Below are positions 1-12,155 of a DNA stretch of 64,000 nucleotides, piece by piece. The stretch is from Phoronis australis (lineage: Eukaryota > Animalia > Phoronida): the NCBI GenBank assembly GCA_002633005.1, contig NMRA01000265.1:426906-490905 (forward strand), in the 5' to 3' direction. The stretch's first letter is position 1; each line of letters opens with the position of its first letter. The translations under genes and the position numbers were made by a program. The notes beneath the pieces were generated by a model. It saw nothing but the letters and a program-made list of their open reading frames with translations, ran no database searches and had not been told where the DNA came from.

Positions 1-898
1 ATTTGCCTGTACCTGCTGCCAATGTGTATGAGAATTAGCCAGTGCATTTTACCCCTCATAAATGAAAGACTCAGGCAAAATCATTTCCGAGAAACGGTCA
101 AGTTTTTTGGCAATTGTCACATTAAGCCAGGCCAACTACTTGGTCGTAAATCTAGACAATGGCCAACTTCTATCATGAACAGTGGTTTGCCTGAGCTTGA
201 CTATCAGCTGAGTTATGTAATGCTGTGCAGTTACTGCTAGCAGCGAAAATGAACTTTAAAAATACATTTAAATGCCTTCTCTGTTGATTTTTATTATTTC
301 CATATAGAAAATACGTGAAAATGCTATCAAACCTTTTTTCCTAGGTTCTTCAAGACCAATTATAAGAGATTCCACATGGTCAAGAATTGAAAAGCTGTTG
401 CATGACTAACTTGTTGGAAGTATTACCACCATCTTAGGGTATTTCTCCCAGCATAGAACTCAGCCCTGGAAAGCCATCTTGGGTCTGGCGCTGCTGAGGT
501 TGCGCCTCCCAGTGTAATTTATTTGCATACCTTTGTTCAGGTGTTGGTTCTTGCTACAGAATTTACTGCTAATAAAACTTTTGGCAAGTCCGCAGTTTTT
601 CAACCCAGTTGCAGAAGAGAAGTTCTTGATGGTGTATGATTATAGCAGAAGCTAAAGATAAATAATTTAATTCATAATATAAATGACTTGTTAAACAAGC
701 GGGGAAATAATTTCAGTGATTCAAGACTTCTATCCTCACATTTGCTGTGAAGAATTTAGTCAAGCATTCGTCCCAAATTACACATCTTTATTAATTAATC
801 GGCCTTTCCTGTTCTTTGATATAATGACATTTTACAGTAAAAGTTCAGAATGCAATTGCATTTACAAAAATTGTGATAAACTAATTCCTCCAACTATC

Positions 899-1044
899 CA
901 GGGGAGGATCCAGGTTTTTGAGTTGGGGGGTAGGTTAGAGTATTAGCCAGGATTTTGCCTGACAGACATTGGCACCCCCGTATTGCCAAATTGAATCTGT
1001 GAGAATTTTACGGGGGCCTTGGCCCCCATCTAAATCCGCCACTG
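899..1044. mobile_element. ~146-bp MITE with CAGGGG/CAGTGGCGGAT-type inverted termini and 5-bp TSD
   Basis: Starts caggggaggatccagg, ends aatccgccactg, and is flanked by ctatc on both sides (894-898, 1045-1049). Related copies at 17876-18028 and ~20395-20525. Confidence 0.75.
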
Positions 1045-1752
1045 CTATCCAAAATTTGCAGATTAATGTTTTCTTATAATATGCTCAAACATCTATTACC
1101 TGGTTTTGAAATGTACTGTGAATAGCTCCTCTCATTGGTTACAGTGTAGACTTTCTATAGAAGTTTAGAAATACACTCATTTTTTCAGAATGAAAAAGTT
1201 AGTGATCCTGATACTGTACGAGTAGTGCATGTTACCGTAAACAAGAGACACCGGAACACACTTTTACGATTGGTACGTTACTAAAGAAAGTAAAGTCTGG
1301 AAAATTACAGTATTCATTACAAAGAAACGATGTTATTTTGAGCACCTATTGGTAGTTGCTGGGGGGTGAGGGGGGAATGAAAAAGCGGGACAACTCTGGG
1401 ACATCTGTGTCTAAGCCAAAACGCAAGAATAAAATGTTCGCCGAAACACACAAGAAGACCTTACACACAAAATTAACCAACGCCGTTTTTTTGTTTTTTA
1501 AGCCACTCTTACAAGGTAGTTTTTACACCCGGGTATATATTTACGTACGGTGTGTATTCATATAAACGTAAATCCACCCGGTGTAAAGGTGCACATCACC
1601 TCTGGAGATCATGTAAATGTAAATTTACACACGTGAACATATACAACTGGCGCGTGTGAACGCAATTTATGTTTACACGCGGATGTAAAAGCAAGTTCAC
1701 TCCGCTGAAAGTGCCACTACAAAACTGTTTCTGCCAGGACTTGGAACTTTCC

Positions 1753-2134
1753 TCTTATAAGAGGATTTCCTCTTTTTTGGTGTTGATTTGTTATTGTTCG
1801 ATTTCCAGTTTCCTCTTTTGTCGTCTCTTTTATATCATTATTTATTTTGACTTTGTTCATGCAAAAGCGTTTTTTTTTTTTAATTAAATTGTGCAAAAAC
1901 AAAAGAAAATATTTCTATCACACAAGCATAGTGGAACGAAACATCGCCTGAAGTTTGCCTCTTTTTCAAGTTGTCATTGGTCAGACCAAGTCCTGTTCTG
2001 TGATCTCATCTTGTCTTAAAGCAACACCACTTCCTTTTGAGCGTCCAAAAGATACCCTGTTGTCAATTGTGGTTTGGTATTATGTTTTATTGAAATGCTT
2101 TCGTTGATGCTGCTGCTGCTGCTGCTGCTGCTGC

Positions 2135-2169
<35 letters not shown>

Positions 2170-3223
2170 GCATTTTATGTCACAGCTTCACTAGATGTGC
2201 ACCCTCCATAACAGGTGCAACAGGCATACGCATAACTTCCTCAGGACAAATCAGTTTTTCGGTTCACTATGCAAAAGTTCGTTGTCCATTTTGAACTCTG
2301 AATTTCCCAAAAGCCAGCACGTCATGAATGCGGTCCGACAGTCAAACCATCTTTTGGTTTCATCACTAATGATATAATTAGTATCAATAGCCACACACCA
2401 AAAATAATGGAATGCTGGAAACTTGCTGTTGAAACAGAAACCACGAAAAATATTTCGGACGCAACTTCCACCGATACCATGCACTACTAGACCGCCGCAA
2501 TTGGGAAACCTCAAATTCATCCTTCCAAGTGATAGCCTTGTGGAAATACATGCAGTGTTCAGCAAGACCTCTCAAGTAATCGCCTATTCACGTATGCACT
2601 GAGAACAGGAAATCCTTCTTTTCGTAACGCCGCCAGGTTACCAACAGTGCGGTTACCAAATCCTGTACGCATTCATTACCAATTGGTTCCCCCTGGCAGA
2701 TGGATTGTTTTGTTCGATAGTTGTACGTTCGAGAAATGCTTGGTAAAATTAGCAGGCCTTTAGAAGGGCATCCACCATTTGACGATTTTCAAACCACCAT
2801 TCGTTTTTGAAATTTTCAGTATATATTTATAAATGTGTCTTGCCACCAATCCGTCGATCGTTCNTCTTATAAGAGGATTTCCTCTTTTTTGGTGTTGATT
2901 TGTTATTGTTCGATTTCCAGTTTCCTCTTTTGTCGTCTCTTTTATATCAATATTTTGACTTTGTTCATGCAAAAGCGTTTTTTTTTTCAATTAAATTATG
3001 CAAAAACAAAAAAATATTTCTATCACACAAGCATAGTGGAACGAAACATCGCCTGAAGTTTTCCTCTTTTTCAAGTTGTCATTGGTCAGACCATGTCCTG
3101 TTCTGTGATCTCATCTTTTCTTAAAGCAACACCACTTCCTTTTGAGCGTCCAAAAGATACCCTGTTGTCAATTGTGGTTTGGTATCATCTTTTATTGAAA
3201 TGCTTTCGTTGATGCTGCTGCTG

Positions 3224-3268
<45 letters not shown>

Positions 3269-3962
3269 GCATTTTATGTCACAGCTTCACTAGATGTGCA
3301 CCCTCCAGAAGAGGTGCAACAGGCATACGCATAACTTCCTCAGGACAATTCAGTTTTTCGGTTCACTATGCAAAAGTTCGTTGTCCATTTTGAAATCTGA
3401 CTTTCCCAAAAGCCAGCACGTCATGAATGCGGTCCGACAGTCAAACCATCTTGTGGTTTCATCACTAATGATATAATTAGTATCAATAGCCACACACCAA
3501 AAATAATGGAATGCTGGAAACTTGCTGTTGAAACAGAAACCACGAAAAATGTTTCGGACGCAACTTCCACCGATACCATGCACTACTAGACCGCCGCAAT
3601 TGGGAAACCTCAAATTCATCCTTCCAAGTGATAGCCTTGTGGAAATACATGCAGTGGTCAGCAAGACCTCTCAAGTAATCGCCTATTCACGTATGCACTG
3701 AGAACAGGAAATCCTTCTTTTCGTAACGCCGCCAGGTTACCAACAGTGCGGTTACCAAATCCTGTACGCATTCATTACCAATTGGTTCCCCCTGGCAGAT
3801 GGATTGTTTTGTTCGATAGTTGTACGTTCGAGAAATGCTTGGTAAAATTAGCAGGCCTTTAGAAGGGCATCCACCATTTGACGATTTTCAAACCACCATT
3901 CGTTTTTGAAATTTTCAGTATATATTTATAAATGTGTCTTGCCACCAATCCGTCGATCGTTC
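1753..3962 (+). repeat. ~1.1-kb near-identical tandem duplication (1753-2863 / 2865-3962) joined by a single N
   Basis: The copies differ only by scattered SNPs, small indels and (CTG)n length, and the junction is exactly the N at 2864. Confidence 0.95.
2108..2166 (+). repeat. (CTG)n microsatellite (second copy ~3213-3265)
   Basis: Directly visible. Confidence 0.95.
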
Positions 3963-3995
3963 CTAATGCAGTGTATATCCATACTTGCCGTTTGC
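3330..3995 (-). pseudogene. Harbinger/HARBI1-type DDE transposase remnant (second copy at ~2230-2863)
   Basis: Frameshifted minus-strand translation gives ERSTDWWQD..., FPNCGG..IGGS, AIDTNYIISD and HD..LGNSEF (LGKSDF in this copy). This follows the motif order of DDE_Tnp_4 transposases (RSxxWW, FPxCxGAIDG, VDxNYxF, HDxxVLxNS). Confidence 0.65.
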
Positions 3996-4699
3996 GAGTT
4001 CCAAAAACAATACCATGGTGGTCGATGCCCGAGCGTTAAAGCAACCTAGATTGGCAATTGTTCTGAAAGAATATTTTCTTTTATAATGAACATTACTTGT
4101 GTGGACTTGGTTGCGAAATCTATAGAGTAGTGAGCCCAAGTATTGTTTTTATTTTCTCTTATGCGAACACTATTTAAATTTACATTTACACACGGGTGTA
4201 AAAGTGATGCATATAAACGGGGTTTTAGTCGAACGGGTACCTATGGCTAGTGTTGCGTGGGAAGGCAATAGTGCATGATGAACGCCAATTTCGCACTGTG
4301 TCAAAAAGCGGTACATTTTAATGGTGTGGCAGGATGGTGAAAAAAAATTAAAAAGGTTAGACAATCCGGCAATTGGCAAGTACGGTGTACGCTGTCAGCA
4401 ACACCGGGGTATTGTATTCTGTTGGGTTCTTTTACAATGTAAACTTTTTATTTTTTTAAATTTTGTTTCAAGGGAATAAATAAATACTACGGATAACAGT
4501 ACTGCTCATAAATCGAATTAACAAAAGGGCACCTTGGCAACACGTAATCATTACACAAATGAATTATTATAGAAATAATTGAAAACAGCAATAATATAAA
4601 TTATACGCACACGCGCGCGCACACACATTCGTACTTAGCTACACAATTGCGAGTAATCGCAGTAGTATAGTAAATTGTGTCCGTCATATCGGTGTTTGA

Positions 4700-5040
4700 A
4701 AGGGACCTCAGTCATAGACCCGGCAAAAGTCAAAGGTCAACGGTCACGTGTGCAACCAAAAGTGACGTCAACCGCAAACCGGACGGAAGTGACAATGATG
4801 TCACAGGTCATTACGTAACAGGTTCAAATGGACCCAGAAATGACGTCATCAAGTAGCGTTGGAGAGGGATCTTGATCCAAGGTCATGCGTGTAACCGGAA
4901 ATCGTTGGTAAACCGTCGGAAAGGACAAGTCAAAACGAGGTCATCACGGAATCGGAAGCAATGTTGACTGCTGACATCATCAGGTAGGTTAGGGCGTGGT
5001 ACCGTCCACCACCCGGATATGTTCTGAAACTAAAAAAACT
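4700..5040. mobile_element. Possible Polinton/Maverick terminal-repeat remnant
   Basis: Dense TGACGTCA, CGGAAGT, AGGTCA and GGGCGTGG motifs end in ccaccacccggatatgttctgaaact, resembling invertebrate Polinton termini. No Polinton genes are adjacent. Confidence 0.4.
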
Positions 5041-6636
5041 TTGAATATGTTGAAATGAGGTTGTAGGGTTCAACTGGATTCCGTTGTTGCGTACAAATTC
5101 CTTGTTTGTGTGCTTTGGTTTGGTTTCAGCTAATTATCTCACTATACTCTAGGAACCAATATGCTCATATTGGTTCCTAGCTGTACTGTAGCCTCAGATT
5201 TTTCCGCGTACCGGGGGTCCCGGCTCCAACAACTGTAAATGGTTGATAGGGGAAGCACGTGCATGCCGTAAACTCGCGGGTGGGTAGTTCCCATCTAAGG
5301 TATTAGGGGTTCGGGTATTTTGGCATTGGTTTGGATAAGGTTTTCATGGTTTTTACTTTGTCTCGGGTGGCCATACCGGCCATCATTCAATTTCTTGTCA
5401 CCATTCTCATGGCTGGCATTATCGTCATTATTTCATTGTGACCCATCCATCACTGTCTTCCTCACTACAGTGTTCCGATGTATTTTCCATTTCGCCAACA
5501 GCTTATTCAGAGATCTTCTACTTATTAGAGTGACGCATACAGTGCATGAAGAAAACTTAAAAAAACAGTGATTGAGAAAATTAGTAATGTAACTCAATTT
5601 GGGTAGTTGCATTGGTTGCATGTTAGTAGTCACTGCACGTGTATAGTGAAACTGCAGGGAGGGGGTAATTCACCCATTGTGTCTACGCCTATGGCCTATG
5701 GAGGCGTAATGGAGAACATGAAGAATCATACAAACTGTACGGGTGCCTTCAAAAAAGCGTCCCGCTATTGACTTCCAATTCCTAAAAAAACAAGTTTGCG
5801 CAATTTAACGTTATTCTGATTTTAGATGAAAATATGAAACATTTTAAAATAATGGGTAAACAGCTATGACACCAATAATATCAATTCGCGCTGACTTCCG
5901 TCTTCAACAAATACCATACGCGGTCTTTTCTTCCATCCCGTAATGTATATATTGTCTGTCGTCATTATTTCCCAATGGGCATCATCAAGTGTCTCCTCAT
6001 TTACTCGATGCACTCAACGTCGACTCCCTGATCGCGTAAAGTGAGATCTTGACTTCAGCTGAGGATTGAGGAAAACAATTCCTGTTTCCGTTTCGTCTTC
6101 GTCCTTGAAACATACACGTATACATTCATTTAAAGGGGAATAACGCCTTTTGTCAAAAACAACTTTTGGTTGTTGTCACCCATTGTCATAAAATCGTTCT
6201 CGTCTTCTTCAATGCTCAGTTTAAAAAATTAATGAGTTTTAGACTTACCAAGGACCGACATCTTTATTGCTTCACTTCAGACCCATTAATTAGTTGCTTG
6301 TCGCTACGGGTTAACCTAGTTTCAGTCGCCAAAGCAATACATGCCCGTCAGTGGAATTCCTAGCAACTGTAAATGATTTCAATTCCAAAGCCCCCTTGGT
6401 ACGAGTCTGTACTTGAGGAAAATTCTTCAGATTTTTTTCCACAGTTTTTACTCGAGTGATCAAAGTTAGAAATTCCATAGTTTTTTCGCGCAGACATGAA
6501 ATAAATTTACAAGACTTTGAAATTTTGCAAAAAGATTCGCATACGGGGACGGACCTGTATAAATCATGAAATCGCGATGATGTTGCTTTGGCATGGCAAA
6601 TACTCCTGTGGAGAAAAATACTTCAGCACTAAAACA

Positions 6637-6830
6637 GGAGGCAGTGTGGCCTAGTGTGATTGTGCACGCCTTCTTTTCTCGAGGTCGTGGTATCGGGTCA
6701 CACTGCTAGACCCTTGAGTCAGGTTTCTAGCTCCTCAGCTCGGTTTTAACTATATCATAATAAAGCACAAAAATATTCCAACGTGATCAGTGCAATGGGC
6801 CCACATGTGCGGCCTGCGCACGTCTGGTAT
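6637..6830 (+). mobile_element. tRNA-derived SINE copy
   Basis: A-box-like head (ggaggcagtgtggcctagtg) and body cactgctagacccttgagtcagg...ctcctcagctcgg...atgggc are shared with the inverted copy at ~60270-60468. Confidence 0.65.
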
Positions 6831-7018
6831 AACGTGTACCAGACCGCCTGCATATATTTTTTTTATAAAAACATGGTTGATACAAGCGGCTTTAAATTTT
6901 CAATTTCTTAAAAGATAGTTTATTATGACCTCGAACGACACCTTTAACTTACCATAAGAGTACCATAATTAGTACAGATTGGCCCTTGCCTGCAATAGAA
7001 GTAGCGTCTAGTAAAGCA

Positions 7019-7166
7019 GGGCTGGGTTGCATAAAACTTCAGTTATCCGCTGAATAAATTTGATTGCTGCATGACGTCATGTGCATTGTTCAACAATAAC
7101 AACATGGCGCGTGATAAAGCGATGTCATTGTTGTTATACGGCGTATAACTTTTATGCAACTGGGTC
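7019..7166. mobile_element. Palindromic MITE
   Basis: Inverted termini gttgcataaaa / ttttatgcaac with inner partial symmetry. Confidence 0.6.
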
Positions 7167-8084
7167 TAGATTCGCAAAGACAAATTTAGAAAAGACTATG
7201 CTTGCATAATATCAAATAAATTACATTATTTTTTGCACTGGGCGTGACTGGAAATACTCTCTACTAAAACATGAATATATCCATTAATAAATCTGTATAA
7301 CAGCACAAATCAAAAAGCGATATTTTTTGGAACCAAATATAATGAAGTGCTCGATTAGGCGATTAAGAGGTCGCCAATGCGATCCAAATAATATTTCAGA
7401 CTACTGTAAGTACTCGAGATGATCGGAATGGATGGCACAGGTAACATGTTCGGATCGCCCACTTCTGCTTCGGTAGGGGAGCCTGCTCGACATATTGGAC
7501 CCGATGAGGAACTTGGTCGTTACCAAGTCAGTCCTGATTTCCCTTTCCGTTGAGTCCAGTAATTTATGAAAAGCGTTTAATTCAGGATCAACCTAAACGG
7601 TTGTGATGCAGATGGCTGGTGATAAATGCAAATAGTTCGTGTACATGCAAGACCGACCTCAGTTGTGAGCTCTACCTTGACCATCATAACTGCATAGTAT
7701 TTCGAAAACTTAAGATGTCAGTTTTTGCACTTGTCACCCGGAAATATGCGTAAATAACAAAAAACTTGAATGATTACGAACTGGTACGAGCTTCGATGGC
7801 TGGTGGAAACATGTGACTTTGTCCTGTGCCGCACTCATGTCGTAATGTTGGTGCTTTCGTGTGCTTTTGTCCATTCTTGGTACTTTCAAATCAAATGTTA
7901 GCTAACAATCAACATCTAACAATTTCTAAAGGATAAATTAAGTTTCAGTAACATGTTTTAAGAATTTGGGCTTCGATTTTACTAAAGTGTAGCACATACA
8001 GGCCGGGAATAGGCACAGCTGAATCGACTTAAATACGGCTGTTTCTGAGATAACGTGTTACGGTTTCAGTACATCGCAGTGGCA

Positions 8085-8157
8085 GATTCCGTAGTGTAGT
8101 GGCCATCACATTTGCTTAACACGCAGAAGGTTGTCAAATCGAAACCGAGCGGAATCA
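8085..8157 (+). pseudogene. tRNA-Val(AAC) pseudogene
   Basis: 73 nt with perfect acceptor stem GATTCCG/CGGAATC+A, Val-type D arm, anticodon arm TTTGC-TTAACAC-GCAGA and a downstream T-run. The T-arm/B-box is broken (gtcaaATCGAAAccgag). Confidence 0.85.
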
Positions 8158-8816
8158 AATTTTATATTACTTTTCACTGTGATTTACAACGGTGCTGGAA
8201 ACGGAAAACAATTACAACACGAAACGATACCAAAAAGTTAAAAATCTAGGGACACGCTGCCTGAAAAATTATGTAAATTTGAAAATTTTGGTACGTTCTC
8301 AGCTCCCAGCCAACTGCACGGCACATCGTTCTGCTCAAACCTTTCTGCAACTCAGCTTGGGAAAATGGTCGGCGACTATGATGTGTCAATTCTTAACTTG
8401 CAGAGCCTAGACATGTCTATGTTGTAGAGTCTTGAAACGATACTTTTAAAGCGCGCCTGCTCTCAAAAACAATTTTTGGTTTAAGGCAAATTACCTCTAT
8501 AAATTGGCCTCACTTTTGCTTATTCACATTTAAAATTACTTTTAGTTTGAGACGAATCTATAGTTCACTATAGGTTGAGACCAGACTCACAAATTTGGCT
8601 TCTAATGTCTGATCGTTTCATAGCGAAGAGCACGGTCTCGAGCAATAGCGAACTGAGAAATCTCACATGAGCTGGGCTCAGATGTTATTCTCAGCTTGGG
8701 TAAGGACCAAATGATGGTCAGTTTCAATTTCATGGACCTAACCATGTTCTGAAGTTAATGACAGTCCTTTTGACATGCTCCTCCAAAGCAACATCATCGC
8801 GTTCTTATCTGTTGTT

Positions 8817-8885
8817 CACGGGCGGCGCATCACTCAAAAAGTGGGGGCTATAGCCCCCACAGCCCCCTATGGTGCTCCGCCCATG
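8817..8885. mobile_element. ~70-bp CA...TG mini-MITE
   Basis: cacgggcggcgca...tgctccgcccatg with flanks ttgtt/gtgtt. Homologous copy at 57281-57359. Confidence 0.65.
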
Positions 8886-11527
8886 GTGTTAGAATAGGAA
8901 TTGGTTATGTACAAGACCTCGCTTTAGTTACTGAAATTAACCAGCCGTGACAAACAACGTGACGTTTACTGTATGAAGCAAATGACGGCCTGTCAGCTCA
9001 ATGTTTTTAAGCCTTCTAGAAACCAATTTTCTAAACGAACAAGAGGACACCGATTTTGATTGTAGTATGAAACCAAAACCAAAAGTTGATTTTTCCTCAG
9101 AAGGAACAGCAATATTGGTGTGACGGCACTTGACGAGACCTCTCATTGATATATATGCACGCAATTGCCAACTTCCTTTACCATCTATAGCCAAGGAACG
9201 TATTTGTCTTGCACAATTTATAACACTATCGTTTTAAGTATCGGCTATTTCAAAAGTACACCTTGTAGGAATCTTTCGAAAGGAACCTGACAAATTAAAT
9301 TGATTTCAAAAAACGTCGACAGTAAAAATATGGAGGTGACAAATTCTCTCACATGCAATTAAGAAGTAAAAGGCGAGTTCAGAGCTAAAATTGACTTTTT
9401 CATAAAAACAGTGACCAAAAACATTTGGTGCCTTTAAGTGTCGAATCATTTTATCATACACGGTAAATTGAATTTCAAAAATATACTTCATGGCTTTACT
9501 ATCGAACGAAGACTTAAAACGAGTGCTTACCAAGGTCGTAATTTGCTTTAAATGAAACTACTATCTTGGTTATTTCTACCGTGGCTGGTTCAGACACACG
9601 CCGTAGTTAGTGCCTCCTCTGGAAGTTTAAGACATCATTTATCCAACACACCTCCTACGCAGACTGTGTTTCGAGATGAGTGGTTCCTCCCCACTGTCGT
9701 TGAATAACTCACACAAAGCGCTAGTCGACGTAAGCATTTTGCCGTCTTGTTAAGGAGCTTTCAAGAATTATTTGGGCGACTCGATATTCACTAGGTGGCG
9801 CTAATGAATAAAGGTGCCTGAATTTTACGTCTGAATAGATTGAGAGCAGAAGGAGATTTCATCCTTAGGGCGTTCCTGTGACAAGACACACACGTGATTT
9901 ACCTGAATTCAGGCATTTCTATGGGAAGATGCCTTGTTATATTAGGGACACATTGTGAATTTCGTGAGCACCATTGGAACACGTAGGCCTATAGCATGTT
10001 GTAAATATGGAGGTTCACGGTCCTTATGAATAAGAGAACGTTTAACAAATCTCAGTTGTTCTGAATGGGGTTTCAGTCAAATAAAATGTGAGAAAACTAA
10101 TGGCTTACGATGTACGATGTCTTTAATGTCGATTATAATATCGTATTTAACTCCAACGGGAACGAAAAGTGGGCGATAACCGAACAAGAAAATCGAACCA
10201 ACCTGAGCGACCTGCGCTAACTATCTTAAGACGATCTCTTGTTAATACATTCAATACATTAATAATCTTCGGCTCAATAATTAAGAAAAGAAAATATCCG
10301 TCACGTAACTTGCAAAAGGGTTCTTACATTCTCTTTGCAGTATCCAGCGGTTAATGAACCTCAACCAGAGACGTCTACAAGGACAATGTGGATTAAATGT
10401 TCCTTGACGCAGTTTAGCGAAAATCCTACACGTATTTCTAACCAGTATTCTTACTGCATTAGTCAAACTGGGAATAATTTTTAAGCTCATTTCAAATGCA
10501 CGAAAGAGGGCGTCTCTATTTAATTAAAATGGTTTTCTTGACCACCTTTTGATTTGTGACGCTCCTTGTTTCGCAACAAAAACTTGCTTCGACTACACTA
10601 CCGAAACGGAATACCGAACATGCGTTCTGGGCTAATTTATAAATAGAAGGAATGTATAACCGCCTGAAACCAGAGCAACTGGCGTATGAGGACCGAATAA
10701 TGTAACTGAATTTCGGTCTTTATTTCATCGCGGGACATATGACGAACGTAAATGACCTTTAATGTTTCGTTGCATTTTTGTGACGATAAAATCTACGGTG
10801 TAAAAAACAAACGTTGTTCAAAACCAGTGTCCCTATTGACTGACCGCGTGTTCAGGATATTCTTAGTTATGTTTTTCAACCAGCCAAATATGTCTACTAC
10901 TCCCAGGATGAACCACTGACGACCTAATAGCGTAATATTAAAAATTTGACGTTTGGAGCACCACAGTAGTGTTTTAGTTTCATTAGAACTTCTCCAGTCC
11001 TCCAGATGTCGTTTCGCAGTAGTCAGCCCCCCCCCCCTCCCCCTCTCTCTCTCTCTCTCTTTGCCGTCTGCCATTTTGTGCTGGTATCGTTCATTCTATT
11101 TTGATCTCAATAAACCTGAGTGTTTCGTCCACAGTTGTTCGTTCTGCATAAACAATTGTGTATAGAAAATAAGTAGTGATTCTTTTAGAACATTGGTAAT
11201 TAACGCTTAATACAAGCACACAAAAGACACCATTACCAAAAAGTTATAGAAGCAGGAAGCAACAAAAAGTACAGTGAATACACGAGGAAAGCAGGAAATT
11301 GCAAGGTAATTGAGTCACAGAAGCAGAGAGGCTGGCTGCAATGAAAACATAATAAGTGACTCTACAATCATCAAATTTCACATAGGTTATAAGTGATACA
11401 AACCTTCCACATCTTACCTGATAGATTAAATGTAGTGCCATCAGACTGATTGAGTGAACGCTACTCCCTGCAACGTAAGGTTTTATAAGGTATGCCCGGT
11501 TGAAGTACTCATAATTTTGACACTTTA

Positions 11528-12155
11528 ACAATACACACCTGGATGAATCCTAACCTGTATCATCCCAAATTTTGGGGCACTCCTGGGCCCTTACTAAGGC
11601 CAAAAAAGTATGATACTTACATTTCTAGAGAGGACAGGCAAGGGGCTATCAGATGCACAAAGAAAACAAAATAATTTTGGACCCCAAAAGGACCCATGGC
11701 TGGGTCACTTTGGTGGGTCACTATTACCTAATTAGCGGACCGATCACGCTGAAACTTGGGGGCTGACCAGTTGGAAGATTGGCCTTTCAAATAAAAACAG
11801 AAACTTTAAAATCGAAGGCAAAATTTTTTTTGACCAAAAAAAAGCTAAGCCTATATATCTTGGGTTTTTTGGAAGCCGAAAAATTTTTTGGCTCCAATTT
11901 CAAAAATTCGTTTCCAGATCGAGGTAGAATGCTGAGAAACTAAAGCCCACCATGTTTGAGTTCGATTGGATCATTAATTAGGTCACACGGCAAGATCAAA
12001 GTTGAAAAACGTCATTTTTTCACGCCTAAAAATTTTTTGACCCCGATTTCAAAACTTCTTTCATTGTTGGATAGCCCTTTACTTACTGACTCCAAAAACG
12101 GAAGTCGCCACTTCTGGTGAGCAGAGGATCAAAGTTGGTCTCTAGAAGTAATTTT
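11528..12155. mobile_element. Unclassified non-autonomous DNA element (possibly Helentron/HINE-like)
   Basis: Bounded by tttaacaa at both sides, with internal repeated aaattttttg..c..atttcaaaa motifs and ccgatcacgctgaaacttgg. No second copy in the window. Confidence 0.3.

Larger units (their letters stand above)
1503..4224 (-). mobile_element. Degraded PIF/Harbinger DNA transposon (internal part duplicated)
   Basis: Imperfect inverted ends (ttttacacccgggtat near 1520; acacgggtgtaaaa near 4190) with TAA/TTA flanks enclose a transposase remnant. Confidence 0.5.

Noticed and set aside
6131-6947. Kolobok-type ends TTAA|AG... and ...CT|TTAA (also at ~47275, ~51525, ~58845)
   Set aside because: Could not pair them with convincing TIRs, so boundaries are unsupported.
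9790-9803. CTCF-like motif cactaggtggcgct
   Set aside because: Single short motif with no supporting context.
10990-11085. Promoter-like C/CT tract with ccatttt (YY1-like) motif
   Set aside because: No downstream gene could be identified.
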